Shown piece by piece: positions 39,206 to 50,864 of a DNA stretch of 64,000 nt. The stretch spans positions 45,446,001-45,510,000 of the forward strand of contig NC_059429.1 of NCBI RefSeq assembly GCF_021028975.2, in the 5' to 3' direction. This DNA is from Sphaerodactylus townsendi (lineage: Eukaryota). A program made the position numbers and the translations under genes. Each line of letters begins with the position of its first letter. Within the stretch, counting starts at the first letter, position 1. A model generated the notes under the pieces. The model was not told where the DNA came from. It did no database searches and worked only from the letters and a program-made list of their open reading frames with translations.

Positions 39206-39400
39206 ACCAGTGTGGTAAAGTGGAAAGAGTGTTGGAGCAGGAGCAGGCAGTCAACAGCTCAAATCTTCACACAAAGCCCACTGGGTGATTTTGGGCAAGG
39301 CTCTGTCAACCTAACTGTCTCATAAGGTTGTTGTAAGGATAACTTGTAGAAGGAGACTACCATGCATACTACTCTGATGTCTTTAGAGAAAGACAGGTGG
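39206..39400 (+). mobile_element. Old Ther1/MIR-like SINE
   Basis: CCAGTGTGGTAAAGTGGAAAGAGTG head; CTGGGTGATTTTGGGCAAG; AGGTTGTTGTAAGGATAA core. Confidence 0.65.
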
Positions 39401-40118
39401 TAGCCTGAACTCTGGTCTCCCAGTTTTAAAAGTCCAGACTAGATGTGCTCTGGGAGTTCTACGTCTGGAGATCCAGAAAAATGTAAAACTCAGTTCTCAA
39501 ATGCACGCATGCCCCACATTCCTGAGAACTGCGTTTCAAAAATTTCTGGTGCTCCAGATGAAGAACTTCCTAGTCCTACATTCTAACTATTGCAGCCCAT
39601 TGGTTCTACTACACTAAACCAGCTTGCATAAAGTAAATGTATTTGGCATAATAAACAGAGCGCAGAAGATCCTGTGGGCACAGAATGGCATCTAAAGGCT
39701 CTGGGCATGCAAAACGTGTGTCTGTAATGCCAGTGGTAAGTTCCTCTTACCTTAGCTTCTCCTTTCCCCACTGAAAAGCTCTGCCAAAGATCTTCCTCAA
39801 ATGTTATCTCACCCCAGTTATAGCCTTCCTGCCCTGTCCCTGGCCTTCTGCTTCAGTCTCCACAGCAGAGAAGGGGCAGTCTTGCTCCCTCAGGCAAGGT
39901 GGAAGAAAGGCAGCAGCGATGTGGTTAAATGCCTAAATGCAATCGCTCCTGGAATGGAGCTGGCTTTGTTGAGGGGTGCACAGGCTGTGCCTGTTCCTTC
40001 ACTGGCAACAGCACGCAGGCAGAGCAGGGGAGAGGATTGAGCCATGGTACCCAGAGACACACAGAGAAAGGCCAGCTTGCCGCCTGCTGCAGTCCTCAGC
40101 ACGGTTAATCACGCGTTC

Positions 40119-40596
40119 NNNNNNNNNNNNNNNNNNNNNNNNNNNNNNNNNNNNNNNNNNNNNNNNNNNNNNNNNNNNNNNNNNNNNNNNNNNNNNNNNN
40201 NNNNNNNNNNNNNNNNNNNNNNNNNNNNNNNNNNNNNNNNNNNNNNNNNNNNNNNNNNNNNNNNNNNNNNNNNNNNNNNNNNNNNNNNNNNNNNNNNNNN
40301 NNNNNNNNNNNNNNNNNNNNNNNNNNNNNNNNNNNNNNNNNNNNNNNNNNNNNNNNNNNNNNNNNNNNNNNNNNNNNNNNNNNNNNNNNNNNNNNNNNNN
40401 NNNNNNNNNNNNNNNNNNNNNNNNNNNNNNNNNNNNNNNNNNNNNNNNNNNNNNNNNNNNNNNNNNNNNNNNNNNNNNNNNNNNNNNNNNNNNNNNNNNN
40501 NNNNNNNNNNNNNNNNNNNNNNNNNNNNNNNNNNNNNNNNNNNNNNNNNNNNNNNNNNNNNNNNNNNNNNNNNNNNNNNNNNNNNNNNNNNNNNNN
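40119..40596. other. Assembly gap (N run)
   Basis: Run of N. Confidence 1.
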
Positions 40597-41269
40597 TTAG
40601 GCAGAGTCTTAATGATAAATTAATCTCTTTTCTTTAGTCCCGAGAATTTGTTTTTCAAAGTAGGGAAATTGGACTACACTGAAAGACCAAATAAAGAATA
40701 CCAATTTTAACTAGATTATGGAACTGATAGCAAAATTTAATTCTTTATAGTAACGTACTTGGACAAATAGCATTCACTTGGTGGCATGTATTATAATTTA
40801 TATTCATTGTTACCACTCTCACTTTCATGGCATGGATAAAATGGCAGTTGAATTAAATATGGGCTCGTAATAGACTTCAGAGTTTTAATCTTTATTAAGA
40901 AACTCTAATTGAATGCATAATTAGCTTTTCAGGGTCTAGGAAACTAGGTTTAATTTCTATGTGGGCTGAAACATAGATCAGGGCTCTTTTTAAAAAGTAG
41001 ATTTATTTTTAAAATGAGTTTATTGTTAAAGAAAAATTACAGGGTGAGATAAGCTTGCTTGGAAAGCATGTTTGCTGCATGGAGCAAGAGCAAAAGCAAG
41101 GGATTCCCAAGGCTTGAAGGGTATCCTGGCTGGAACCAACCTTTATTTTGTAAAAATGTCAGTCCCAGGTACTGTACAGGCAGGTCTGTACAGTTGGAAT
41201 CTGGTGTCTGTCTTGTAAATTCTTCCAGTGAAATTTGGGGATATTGGTTTCATCAGGATCTGCTCAGCC

Positions 41270-41850
41270 CCATGGCATTAACACTGTGGAGTCCTGACTG
41301 GGGGTGTGAAATGCAGTGCTACCAAAATACAGATGACACCCAGCTCTGTTTCTTCATATCAGGCAAGTCAGATCAGATGGGTCAGAAGTCCTGAGTAGAT
41401 GGCCAGAGAAGGCAATGGGATGGATGTGCCCAGTAAAGTGAAGCTCAGTCCAGACAAGGCCGAGGTACTGTTGGTTGGTGACAATGTTGTTCGATAAATG
41501 TGGAGCTCCCCTGTCTCCCTTGGGGCTGCCGCTGGATCCTGCCATATGGCTGGAGGCTCTGGTATCTGCTGTGGCACATAGTGTCTTTTACAAGTTTTGG
41601 CTCATATATCAGCTACGGCTCTTGCTTGAAAAGTGCGATTTGGCCACAGCAATCCAATTCTGATCACATCCACACATATTACTGCAATATACTGTATGTA
41701 GGGCTTCAGTTGATCCAAAGTGTGGGAACCAGGCTACCTGTTGGGGTGTGAGATACAGGGATCATATCATCCTTGTGCTGAAAGAACTGCTCTGGCCTCC
41801 TGTCTGCTTCCAGGCACAGTTCAGACTACTGGTTCTTGCCTTTAAGGTGG
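41270..41850 (+). mobile_element. Old degenerate L2 LINE fragment
   Basis: Decayed YQ.TDDTQL, YCN.LYVGL and L.W.PV.FQAQF.LLVLAFK motifs. Confidence 0.75.
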
Positions 41851-41859
41851 CTTATCATG

Positions 41860-43570
41860 ATCTATATTTGTCTATTTTACTAAAATGTTTATACCCCATT
41901 TTTCTTCTTGGCTCAAGGCAGCTTAAAAACAAAATATTACAAATTAAAATTATTTAAACATTTAAAAACTCATATATCTCCTCCTTCCAAATGATGCCTG
42001 CTGTTCATATCTCATAAAAGGCCTAACAAACACTACAAGACTCACAGGGCTTTCCAAAGTTCACCAATGAGGGACTCTTCAGGAAGCCCATGTCACAGTG
42101 TGGGGACCACAACAGAAAAAGCCTTCACTCTGGTTGATGCCAGGAGAGCTCACAGTGGGCAAACAGCTGTCAGATGGCAGACTGTTTGTACATGAGAACA
42201 ACATGTCTGGGATGGGAGCCTCAGACTTTCCTGACCCCTGCAGCCCTGGCGACCCAGCAACAATGGAAGAAGCCTCACATGCTGGGAGCTTGGAGACCAC
42301 TGCTGCAGGATGTTGGGAGAGGACATGGTGAAGTTCATGCTGCCAGAAGGAGCCTTACCTATCCCCTTCAAAACTCAGCCTGGTGAGTGAGTTCCAGAGA
42401 GGGGAAAGAAGCCACTGAGGCTGTTGGGAGTTGGTGCAGCCAGGCAGCAGCAGCTCAGGGCAGGCAGGAAGGCAATGGGTGAGGCAACCCTGGAAACCCT
42501 GGCACAGCAGTGGAGTGGGCCTAGAGGCAACCTGCTGGAGCAAAGGCCTCCCAAGGAGCAAAGGCCTCCCAAAGGCCTCTTTATGAGGCTGGCTAGCAGG
42601 TGACTAGCCCAGCAGACAGTTCTCCCCAGCCCCAGTTGAGGCAAAAGAGCTATTGAGTTGTGGGGCAGGGGGAGAGAAGCAAGGCTTTAAAGACCATGGC
42701 CCAGGAAGGGATCAGCCAAGGAGGCAGGCCTTGGGGTGGGGCCTGGCGGAAAAGGGAAGGAATAAAAAGCCAGAGGACCTGGGGAGCCAAGGGGGAGACC
42801 TCCAGCTGGTTACCTAGGGCCTGCTAGCAGCTAGCTGAGTATCCTGTGGAGCTTGCCCAGGACCAGCTCGTTCTGAGGCTCCAGGATGGGTCCTCAGTTT
42901 CAGGAGCCATGGTGGCCAGGGCACCGGAAAGCCCATGGCATGACAAGAGGAAAAATACGGGAGGAGATGTAGGCCTCTTGAACTTTTAAAGGTCTTAAGC
43001 AGCACTTTGAACTGAACAAGAAAACCTCTGGCAGGCAACATATGTTCCCATTGCCTAACCCCTGATAATAATAGAGCAGCCCCATTCCTGACCAGCTGAC
43101 ATTTCCAAATAGTCTTCAAGGGCAACCAAACATAGAGCATGTTACAGAGATCCAACCATGAGATTACACCAGTATGGATCAATATGGCTGAGTCTAAAAA
43201 CAGAGTTTAAAAACAGAATTGGTGACACAGTTGATAGAAGATACGGACACTGTGCCAATTTGCTTTTCAAACAGAAAGTTTCAGCCCATGAGCATTCCAA
43301 GCTCATAACCTGTTCTTCAAATACCAACTCTACTTCAAGCAGGATGAGTAGATCCAGTCCCTCTATAATGTTAGAGTTCCCAACTAGGCAGTGTCTCTGT
43401 CTTGTCTGGATTCAACTTCAGCATGTTTTGTCTGAGCCACTTGACAATGGTTTCCAAGCACTGGTCCATGAGCCGAGCTATGCTGATACAAAAGAGAGAA
43501 AGGATGAGGTTGCATCCTCCACTTACAGCACAGCTATAGTATGCATCAGTCCATTGACCTGGAAATAAAC
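41860..43570 (-). mobile_element. Old L2 LINE fragment interrupted by a TG..CA element
   Basis: MIH..VISWLDLCN.LY..LPLKT.WK.QLV.N.AA (42814-43182 ORF); minus-strand L2 tail at 41860-41960. Confidence 0.7.
42091..42945. mobile_element. GC-rich LTR-like element with TGTCA...TGACA termini
   Basis: 5-bp terminal inverted repeat; AATAAAAAG near 42761; interrupts an L2; no TSD detected. Confidence 0.5.
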
Positions 43571-44336
43571 TTTTCTTTGGTCAGAAAGGTCTTCTGTGAG
43601 GGAAGGTAAAAGTAGGAAAAACCCTGGACCATCAGCTCTTTCTGCTGGATTCAAGTTCCAGTCTTATTTTTGAAGGCAAAATTATGATGCATTAATCAAT
43701 CTCTGTTCCTTCGACAATAGAAATCTCTGTTCCATTTTTTAAATTAAATTGTGCACACAATACTGTGAATTTGTACTTTGCCAGGGTCTTGATCCTCCAA
43801 CTTATATGTATCTTCTCCTAGAGGTACAAATATGAGCAGAACAGAATAAGTAGATTTTGACTCACAGCAGAAAAATCCATACTTGCACCTGAATCAAGAA
43901 ACATCTGTCTTCACCCAGACATTGCAAAGTACGCTGGGAAAGATGTGTCCAGGACAAGGCCTGTGTAAACTAGAAACAAAACCCAGATGGTACTTAGCAT
44001 TTTGGGTATGTATTTCATACTTTGCACCACCAATGAGGGTAAAGTTGAAGTAATGGTTATTTAGTTAATTATTCAAGTAGTAACAAAATATATATTGAGA
44101 GGAAAATAGCTATCTCTGGAATGAGGAAGGAGTTTGATATAGATTAGGAGACTGGGTTCAGCATGCAAAGAGGCTGTTTCAGTATTTCGTAGCTAATGAT
44201 ACTGAAGTTGATAGCAAGAAATGTGCTATTCACCCAAGGCGGAAACAAGCACCTGGCTGTCAAAGATCTCTGAGAAGAATTATCCCATTAGAGAGGTTTG
44301 TCTTGCATAATTAGAACCTTTGTTTGGAAGACTGAA

Positions 44337-44400
44337 AAAGGAAGGACCTTAGCTCACTTGTAGAGAATAGGCATTGCATTCAGAAGATCCCATGATTAAT
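44337..44400 (+). mobile_element. tRNA-derived SINE head (body continues about 45146-45210 after the CR1)
   Basis: TTAGCTCACTTGTAGAG...TTGCATTCAGAAGATCCC resembles the head of 14072-14262. Confidence 0.5.
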
Positions 44401-45145
44401 CATAAGAACATAAGAACTAGCCTGCTGGATCAGACCAGAGTCCATCTAGTCCAGCATTCTGCTACTCGCAGTGGCCCACCAGGTGCCTTTGGGAGCTCAC
44501 ATGCAGGATGTGAAAGCAATGGCCTTCTGCTGCTGCTGCTGCTCCTGAGCACCTGGTCTGTTAAGGCATTTGCAAACTCAGATCAAGGAGGATCAAGATT
44601 GGTAGCCATAAATTGACTTCTCCTTCATAAATCTGTCCAAGCCCTTTTTAAAGCTATCCAGGTTAGTGGCCATCACCACCTGCTGTGGCAGCATATTCCA
44701 AACACCAATCACACGTTGCGTGAAGAAGTGTTTCCTTTTATTAGTCCTAATTCTTCCCCCCAGCATTTTCAATGAATGCCCCCTGGTTCTAGTATTGTGA
44801 GAAAGAGAGAAAAATTTCTCTCTGTCAACATTTTCTACCCCATGCATAATTTTATAGACTTCAATCATATCCCCCCTCAGACGTCTCCTCTCCAAACTAA
44901 AGAGTCCCAAACGCTGCAGCCTCTCCTCATAAGGAAGGTGCTCCAATCCTTCAATCATCCTCGTTGCCCTTCTCTGCACTTTTTCTATCTCTTCAATATC
45001 CTTTTTGAGATGTGGCGACCAGAACTGAACACAGTACTCCAAGTGCGGTCGCACCACTGCTTTATATAAGGGCATGACAATCCTTGCAGTTTTATTATCA
45101 ACTCCTTTCCTAATGATCCCCAGCATAGAGTTTGCCTTTTTCACA
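44401..45145 (-). mobile_element. Short 5'-truncated young CR1
   Basis: ORF 44593-45144 is the CR1 ORF2 C-terminus, nearly identical to the other two copies; (CATAAGAA)2 tail. Confidence 0.95.
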
Positions 45146-45226
45146 TAGGGTCCATAGGGTCTTTGTTTAAAAAATTATCAGGAAGCAAAACCGGGGAAGA
45201 CCTTTGAGGTATTGATGAGAGTTTGG

Positions 45227-45491
45227 GGGCGTTTCCCCACTCAGCATGATCCCCCCTATGCCGCGCGCTGCTCTCAACACGTGGCATCCCTGGCGCACGC
45301 CCGGGTGTCCCCACGACCCCGCGCTCTGCACGGGGTCATCAAAAGGCGCCCTTTGCAAGAGCGCCAGGGATGCCACGCGCCGAGGGGGTGCAACAGCTGC
45401 ACTGTCGCCGCCCCTCTCGTGGGGAGTGCCGGGGGACCCCACGCTACTCTCCTCAAGTAGCGCGGGGCTTAAGGTAAGTGGGGAAAGGCCC
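45227..45491. mobile_element. CpG-rich PIF/Harbinger-like MITE
   Basis: TIRs GGGCGTTTCCCCACT / AGTGGGGAAAGGCCC; 3-bp TSD TGG on both sides. Confidence 0.75.
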
Positions 45492-45963
45492 TGGGTTAAG
45501 TAGTCATTTGAGTTCATAGATACCCATTGAAAATCATACATTTCCCATCCTCACATCTTTGCATACTCAAGACATTCTTCAGAGGTGTAGTTTGGGTCCC
45601 CCAACCTTGCTGAACCCATGGCAATTTTGAGAACAGATAATGGGAGCCACAGTAATATTTCTGCCATAAGGGAGGGAACCAGTCACAAAATGTAGGGAAG
45701 TTCTAAGTCATGCATGCTCCTATAGGAAGAGTTAGCTGTTTTGAAATGGGTACTTCATGAAGACACATGGATGCTGCTACTTGTACTCTTCTGAGACATC
45801 TTTCTCTAATGAAGTGGGGAAAACTCAATGTTTGCTCTTTGATCTAGGAAAGAGATGCCTTGGAGAAGAAACAAGATGATGCTAGTGTTACCCAAACTGG
45901 ATTTAGAGAAGGGGAAACTAGCTTTAAAAGAGTTCCAGAAAGAATGAATGGGAGATCTCTGTA

Positions 45964-46880
45964 TTAGGAGTGGGCATTCAGTAAATCCAACAAGAAAAAA
46001 AGCAAAAATACCTTGTCAATATTTTTTTGGTTTCTTCCTCACCAAAAAATGTGGCAATAAATGGGAGCCAAATAAGCAGATCCCGAAAAATGCTGAATAC
46101 TTTTGGCATTTTTGGGGCTGATTCAGCCTGCTGCCTTTTAAAAAATCCTCCTCTTTCTTCTCCTTCCCTTACTTGCCCTGAGCAGTTGAATGGTGAACCC
46201 AACCAGACCAAGCAAGCATTCGACTGGGCTAGGTGGGATCTAGTGTGTATACCTTGCCCCTGCACTCCACATGGAGCTCAGGGGCGGAGCATGCTGTTCT
46301 GCACTTGGCTCAGCCTGGTTGGGTCCAGCCTACACTGCAAACACCATGTGGAGCTCTGGGACAGTATGTGAAGTGCAATGCTAAGCTCAGCCTGGTTGGG
46401 TCCAGTTTAAACTGCAGTCTTCATGTGGATTTTAGGAATGGCGCATACAGTTCAATGCTAATCTCAGCCTGGCCAGGTCCAGCTTTATACTGCTAGCTAT
46501 GTCTCCGAAGTCCATGTGACTTTAAAGGTGGAGTTTTAGAGGCAGAGCCAGCAGTATAAAGCTGAACACAGCCAGACTGAACATGCAGTTTAGCACTGGG
46601 CTTGGGCTGGCTAGATCCAGCTTTAAACAGCAGGCTGGTAGAGCCCACAGTTTAAAATTGAACCTAGACAGGCTGAGCCCAGCATTGAACTGCAGCCTTG
46701 GCCTGGCCAGGTCTAGCTTTATTGTGCTGGCTCCACCTCTAAATCGCCGCCTCTGAAATCAGGTGGACACTTCATGTTGAGCCAACAGTTGAACACTGTA
46801 ATCAAACTGAAAGAAGAACCACCTCCCCTAGTTGTATTTACCAAATGTGTGCAAATTGGTAAATTCAAATCAGGTAGCAA
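45964..46880. mobile_element. Degenerate non-autonomous hAT-like element with internal tandem and inverted subrepeats
   Basis: Start TAGGAGTGGGCATTCAGT (Ac-like); repeated CTCAGCCTGG..GGTCCAG units 46300-46720; right end uncertain. Confidence 0.45.
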
Positions 46881-47809
46881 GAAGTTGCTATGTTAGAATT
46901 CACAGATCATATTTACGGCTTGTAAACTTAGCAAGCATTTGGAATCATCACCATAACTTCGGGTGAAGAATAAAGTAGCTCATGTGAGGAGCTTTTCAAT
47001 AAAGGTAAACTTTGTCATTTCATTTTTTAAGGCCCTGGATTATTTATTCTATCTTTGAACATAGGCAAGTGTATTACTTCTATGCCTTCCATGTGGTACA
47101 GCACAAACTGTGAGATACCGCAGCGCCTCAATTCTGCTTTTCTTATTGCATTGGGTAGCAGACAAGAATCCATTCATCTTTAAAGTAAAACAACTGGGCA
47201 GCTGCTGATGAAAAGCACCATATAATGCATATATCTTTCATATTTTCTTGTTCTGTGGAACTATTTCAAATATGGCTCATCTGATGGTATCAGAGGTATT
47301 CAAGATGTCCTTGGGGGTAGAAACGTCTATGAGAGAAAGTTATTTCCCCCTTCTTCCCCAGTAGTCTACATCTTTGTTTGTATGGTACTTGATTCTCTGT
47401 GGCTGCAATTTTATAACTTGATCCTAAGCATGCTTATTGAAAAGAAAGTTCCATTGCATTCAGTTAGACTTCCCATTAGAATATTTGAAGATTGAATCTT
47501 CAGAGTGCCCTTGTATTGTTCTCAGCAGCATGTTAATTCGGTGTGTGGAATTACAAGATCATAGAACATGGGAAGGTGAGAAATGTGTGTCTACTCACAC
47601 ACAAACTGACATAGAGGTTTCCAGAGATTTTTCATTATTAATTTGCATAGTCTTTGGCTGAGAATACAAATTGCTGCATAACACAATATATGTATAAATG
47701 TCATTTCTTGGTTTTGTTTTTCCTCAACTGGCATTTTTGTTGTTGTGATGATATTGCATTTTCCCAGTGCTGAAAGATCTAATCATTGGGAAAATATGAC
47801 TCTTTTTCT

Positions 47810-47980
47810 GACTAGAGTGAGATTCAAACTTTTTAGAGACCACCAAGATTTTCAAGCTATAAGCATTCAAGAGTTAAATTTGCCTTGGTCAGAGCGTTGA
47901 CTCTTAAAAGCTTATAAGTCCCAAACTTGTTGGTCTTTAATCTAGCTCTTCTATTGCAGACCAACACAGCTACCCTCTGG
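47810..47980. mobile_element. Penelope-derived palindromic mini-element
   Basis: GAGACCACCAAG...TATAAGC..CAAGAGT / GACTCTT..AAGCTTATA...CTTGTTGGTCT arms, then TGCAGACCAACACAGCTACC; related to 34945-35120. Confidence 0.6.
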
Positions 47981-48104
47981 AACCATTCCCCTGGTTAGTG
48001 TGTCACAACTGTTGAATAGAACCTAATTGTGCATGTTTCAGTGTGTTTCCATTTTGTCTGTGGCACTGCTAGTAGTGTGACATAAGGATAGCCTTCCTTT
48101 CTGT

Positions 48105-48400
48105 AGAACAAGAGGAGTTTGGATTTATATCCTGCTTTTCTCAACCATAAAGAGTTTTAAAGCAGCTTACAATCACCTTTCCTTCCTCTCCCCACAACAG
48201 CACCTTGTGAGGTAGGTGAGGTTGGAGAGTTCTGAGAGAACTGTGACCAGCCCGTGGTCACCCAGCAGGCTTCATGTGGAGGAGTGGGGAAACAAATCTG
48301 GTTCACCAGATAAGAGCCTGCGGCTCATGTGAAGGAGCAGGGAATCAAACCTGGTTCTTCAGATTAGAGACCACTGATGTTAACCACTACACCATACTGG
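48105..48400 (-). mobile_element. Full-length Squam3-like SINE with duplicated tRNA-head segment
   Basis: Minus strand CCAGTATGGTGTAGTGGTTAA head, CORE body and (CTT)-type tail; head segment occurs twice (about 48270-48315 and 48320-48365). Confidence 0.85.
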
Positions 48401-48425
48401 TAATTTGTTGTGAATTTAAAAGAGA

Positions 48426-48475
48426 TTTTTCAATGTTTATCCAGCTCTAGTTTTTCAATGTTTATCCAGCTCTAG
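48426..48475 (+). repeat. 25-bp tandem duplication TTTTTCAATGTTTATCCAGCTCTAG x2
   Basis: Seen directly. Confidence 0.9.
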
Positions 48476-49877
48476 CAAAGCTACCTTCCTACCTCCAGAT
48501 ACTTTCCAACATTTTAGAAAGTATTGCTAGTTTCTTTGTAAATGCAAAATCCTTATTTTATGTATTTATTTTTGCTATTTATAGTTTGCCTGTCTCACTT
48601 GGACTGAAGATGGATTACACAGAGTAGATCATACAATGGAGACGGATGGGACATTCAGTGAACTATGCAGTAGGACAGGCGCTGTAGATTTAACCAGTAG
48701 TTGAAAAACCGAACTGAAGCAAACTTTATACAGTTCTGCTTTACAAGATCTTATGCAACACATAGCCCTTCCCTCCCTATATATTTTAGTGCCCTGAAAT
48801 TGGTTGTATAAGATCTTGTGCAAGTGGAAATGCACATGAGGATATAGTGCAAACAACTACTGGGGTCTTCTTGCGTTTTCTCTTGTGCAAGAGCGCTAGT
48901 CTGCTGGTTTTAGTGCATTGTACTATATCTGTACATTAGGGAAAATGATGAATATCTCAAAGGATTGTTGTGAAGACAAAGAAGACAGTCTGAAAAACAT
49001 TTCACATGCTAAAATGCTATCTAAATGATTAATAATAATAATGCAATGTATTTGAATTCCCAGACTCTAACAGACAGAGAAGGAAAGCAGTTGCATTGCC
49101 CTGGAGACAGAGGAATGAAGTACCAAAGGAATAAATTAACCATGCTGTCACATTACAATAAATTTTCAAATGTAATTTGGGTAACTACATTTATGTGAAT
49201 TAATTTAGGAATGCTTAAATATAACACAATTACAACTAAAATAATGCCCAGTATAAACAGCAATCATGAGTGGAAAACATCAAATGTATCTAGAAAAGAA
49301 TGTCTGTTTTTAAAATATATTTGTATAAAACTAGGAAAATAACATGTTGAAGAAGTGTTACTTTACTTCATTTTGAAACTAAAATTGCAGTTTGAGGATA
49401 ATCTTTACCAGATGTACTACTTCTATGCTCTTATTACTCTGCTACTTCAATTATAAACAAAAGTTGCTTTTCAAGGATCATCTCTACCAGATCTTACACT
49501 GCTAATTCTAGTAGCAGTCCTACTACTGCTGCTCCTGGCAATCTTTATGATTAATATTTTGAAAAACTTGCTAGTAAAATTGCTGAATTTCTAATTTTAT
49601 TAAAATACCTTTTAATTATGAAATTGAAATTCATAAACCAGACTTAAGATGGTTATTTCTATATAGCTCAATACTTTATACTCCTTTACAACCAATGACC
49701 TGCTAAACCAAACACAGCCTACCAGCCATGTAATGGCACTACATCCAGATTCTACCTTTAGTGCCTGTCTGAGGTGGACCACCCGCTCTCCCTTACAATA
49801 CATGATTCATAGACTGTATTTGACTTCATAGTCCACTCATTATGCAGACCTGACATGATATTTACGCTGAAGTGTAA

Positions 49878-50017
49878 GGCCCCTTCCGCACACGCAAAAT
49901 AATGCGTTTTCAAACCACTTTCACAACTGTTTGCAAGTGGATTTTGCCATTCCGCACAGCTTCAAAGAGCATTGAAAGCAGTTTGAAATGCATTATTCTG
50001 CATGTGCGGAATGAGCT
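49878..50017. mobile_element. PIF/Harbinger-like MITE (about 140 bp)
   Basis: GGCCCCTTCCGCACACGCAAAATAATGC / GCATTATTCTGCATGTGCGGAATGAGC inverted ends; TAA and TAG flanks. Confidence 0.8.
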
Positions 50018-50864
50018 TAGTTTCCTAGATTTCAAAGTTGCTTTTTAAACTGTCTTTTCTGAGCTCAGCTTATGATGAGTCATAGGCTGTATCTGATGTT
50101 TGGGGAAGAAAGTGAAGAAGCCTCTCTTAGCATGTAAAGTTTCACAATAATTTTCTCTGAACGAGAATAAATGTCTTTGGACCCTCATGTTTGTGTAATC
50201 CACATGTTCTGTTGATTTCAGCAAAATGTACTTATGACTAGGACTGTCAAAAGTTAGATGGAGACAAGAATTGCACTAAGCATGAAGATATATTTGACAT
50301 TTTTCCATAAAGAAACAGGAGGGTCCCTCTCATGGCCTGGTGGGCCTAATCTCAAGTAAGAAGCAAGAACCTCCCTCGCTGAGTTTGTAAACTGGCCTGG
50401 TGCAGTGGTAAATTGGATGCTAGAAATTCTAGCCCAGAATGCAACACAGTTGATACTGTTTTGCCTTAATATAATGAACTGTGGTTTTGTGTTGGCACTG
50501 TGGGTAGCTCAGGATATTTATTTCAACACAGAGAAAAAACTAAAATTGGGAATATACTTTAAATCCAACTTCAGAACTTTAACATAAAGAGGGTGGCTTA
50601 TGTTCCAACTGTTCCTATTTACCAGCAATAGTTTATTTCCCTCAGTTTTTGCCTTCTCAAAATGTCATCAGTAAATTGTGTTACTATAAGGTATCATTCA
50701 GTCTATTCCTCATTCAGTCTATCTCCTGGAAGGCTTCTGAGTGGTCACGTGGATGAAACTTCTTGTAGGGAAAGCTTTTGAACATGGTAGAACCACACCA
50801 CCTCCCATTTCTCACACTATGACTGCTGAAAGATATTTTGAACTGAGACATTGTTAGACAATTA

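Noticed and set aside
39976-40637. Long ORFs of about 200 aa
   Set aside because: Artefacts of translating through the N gap.
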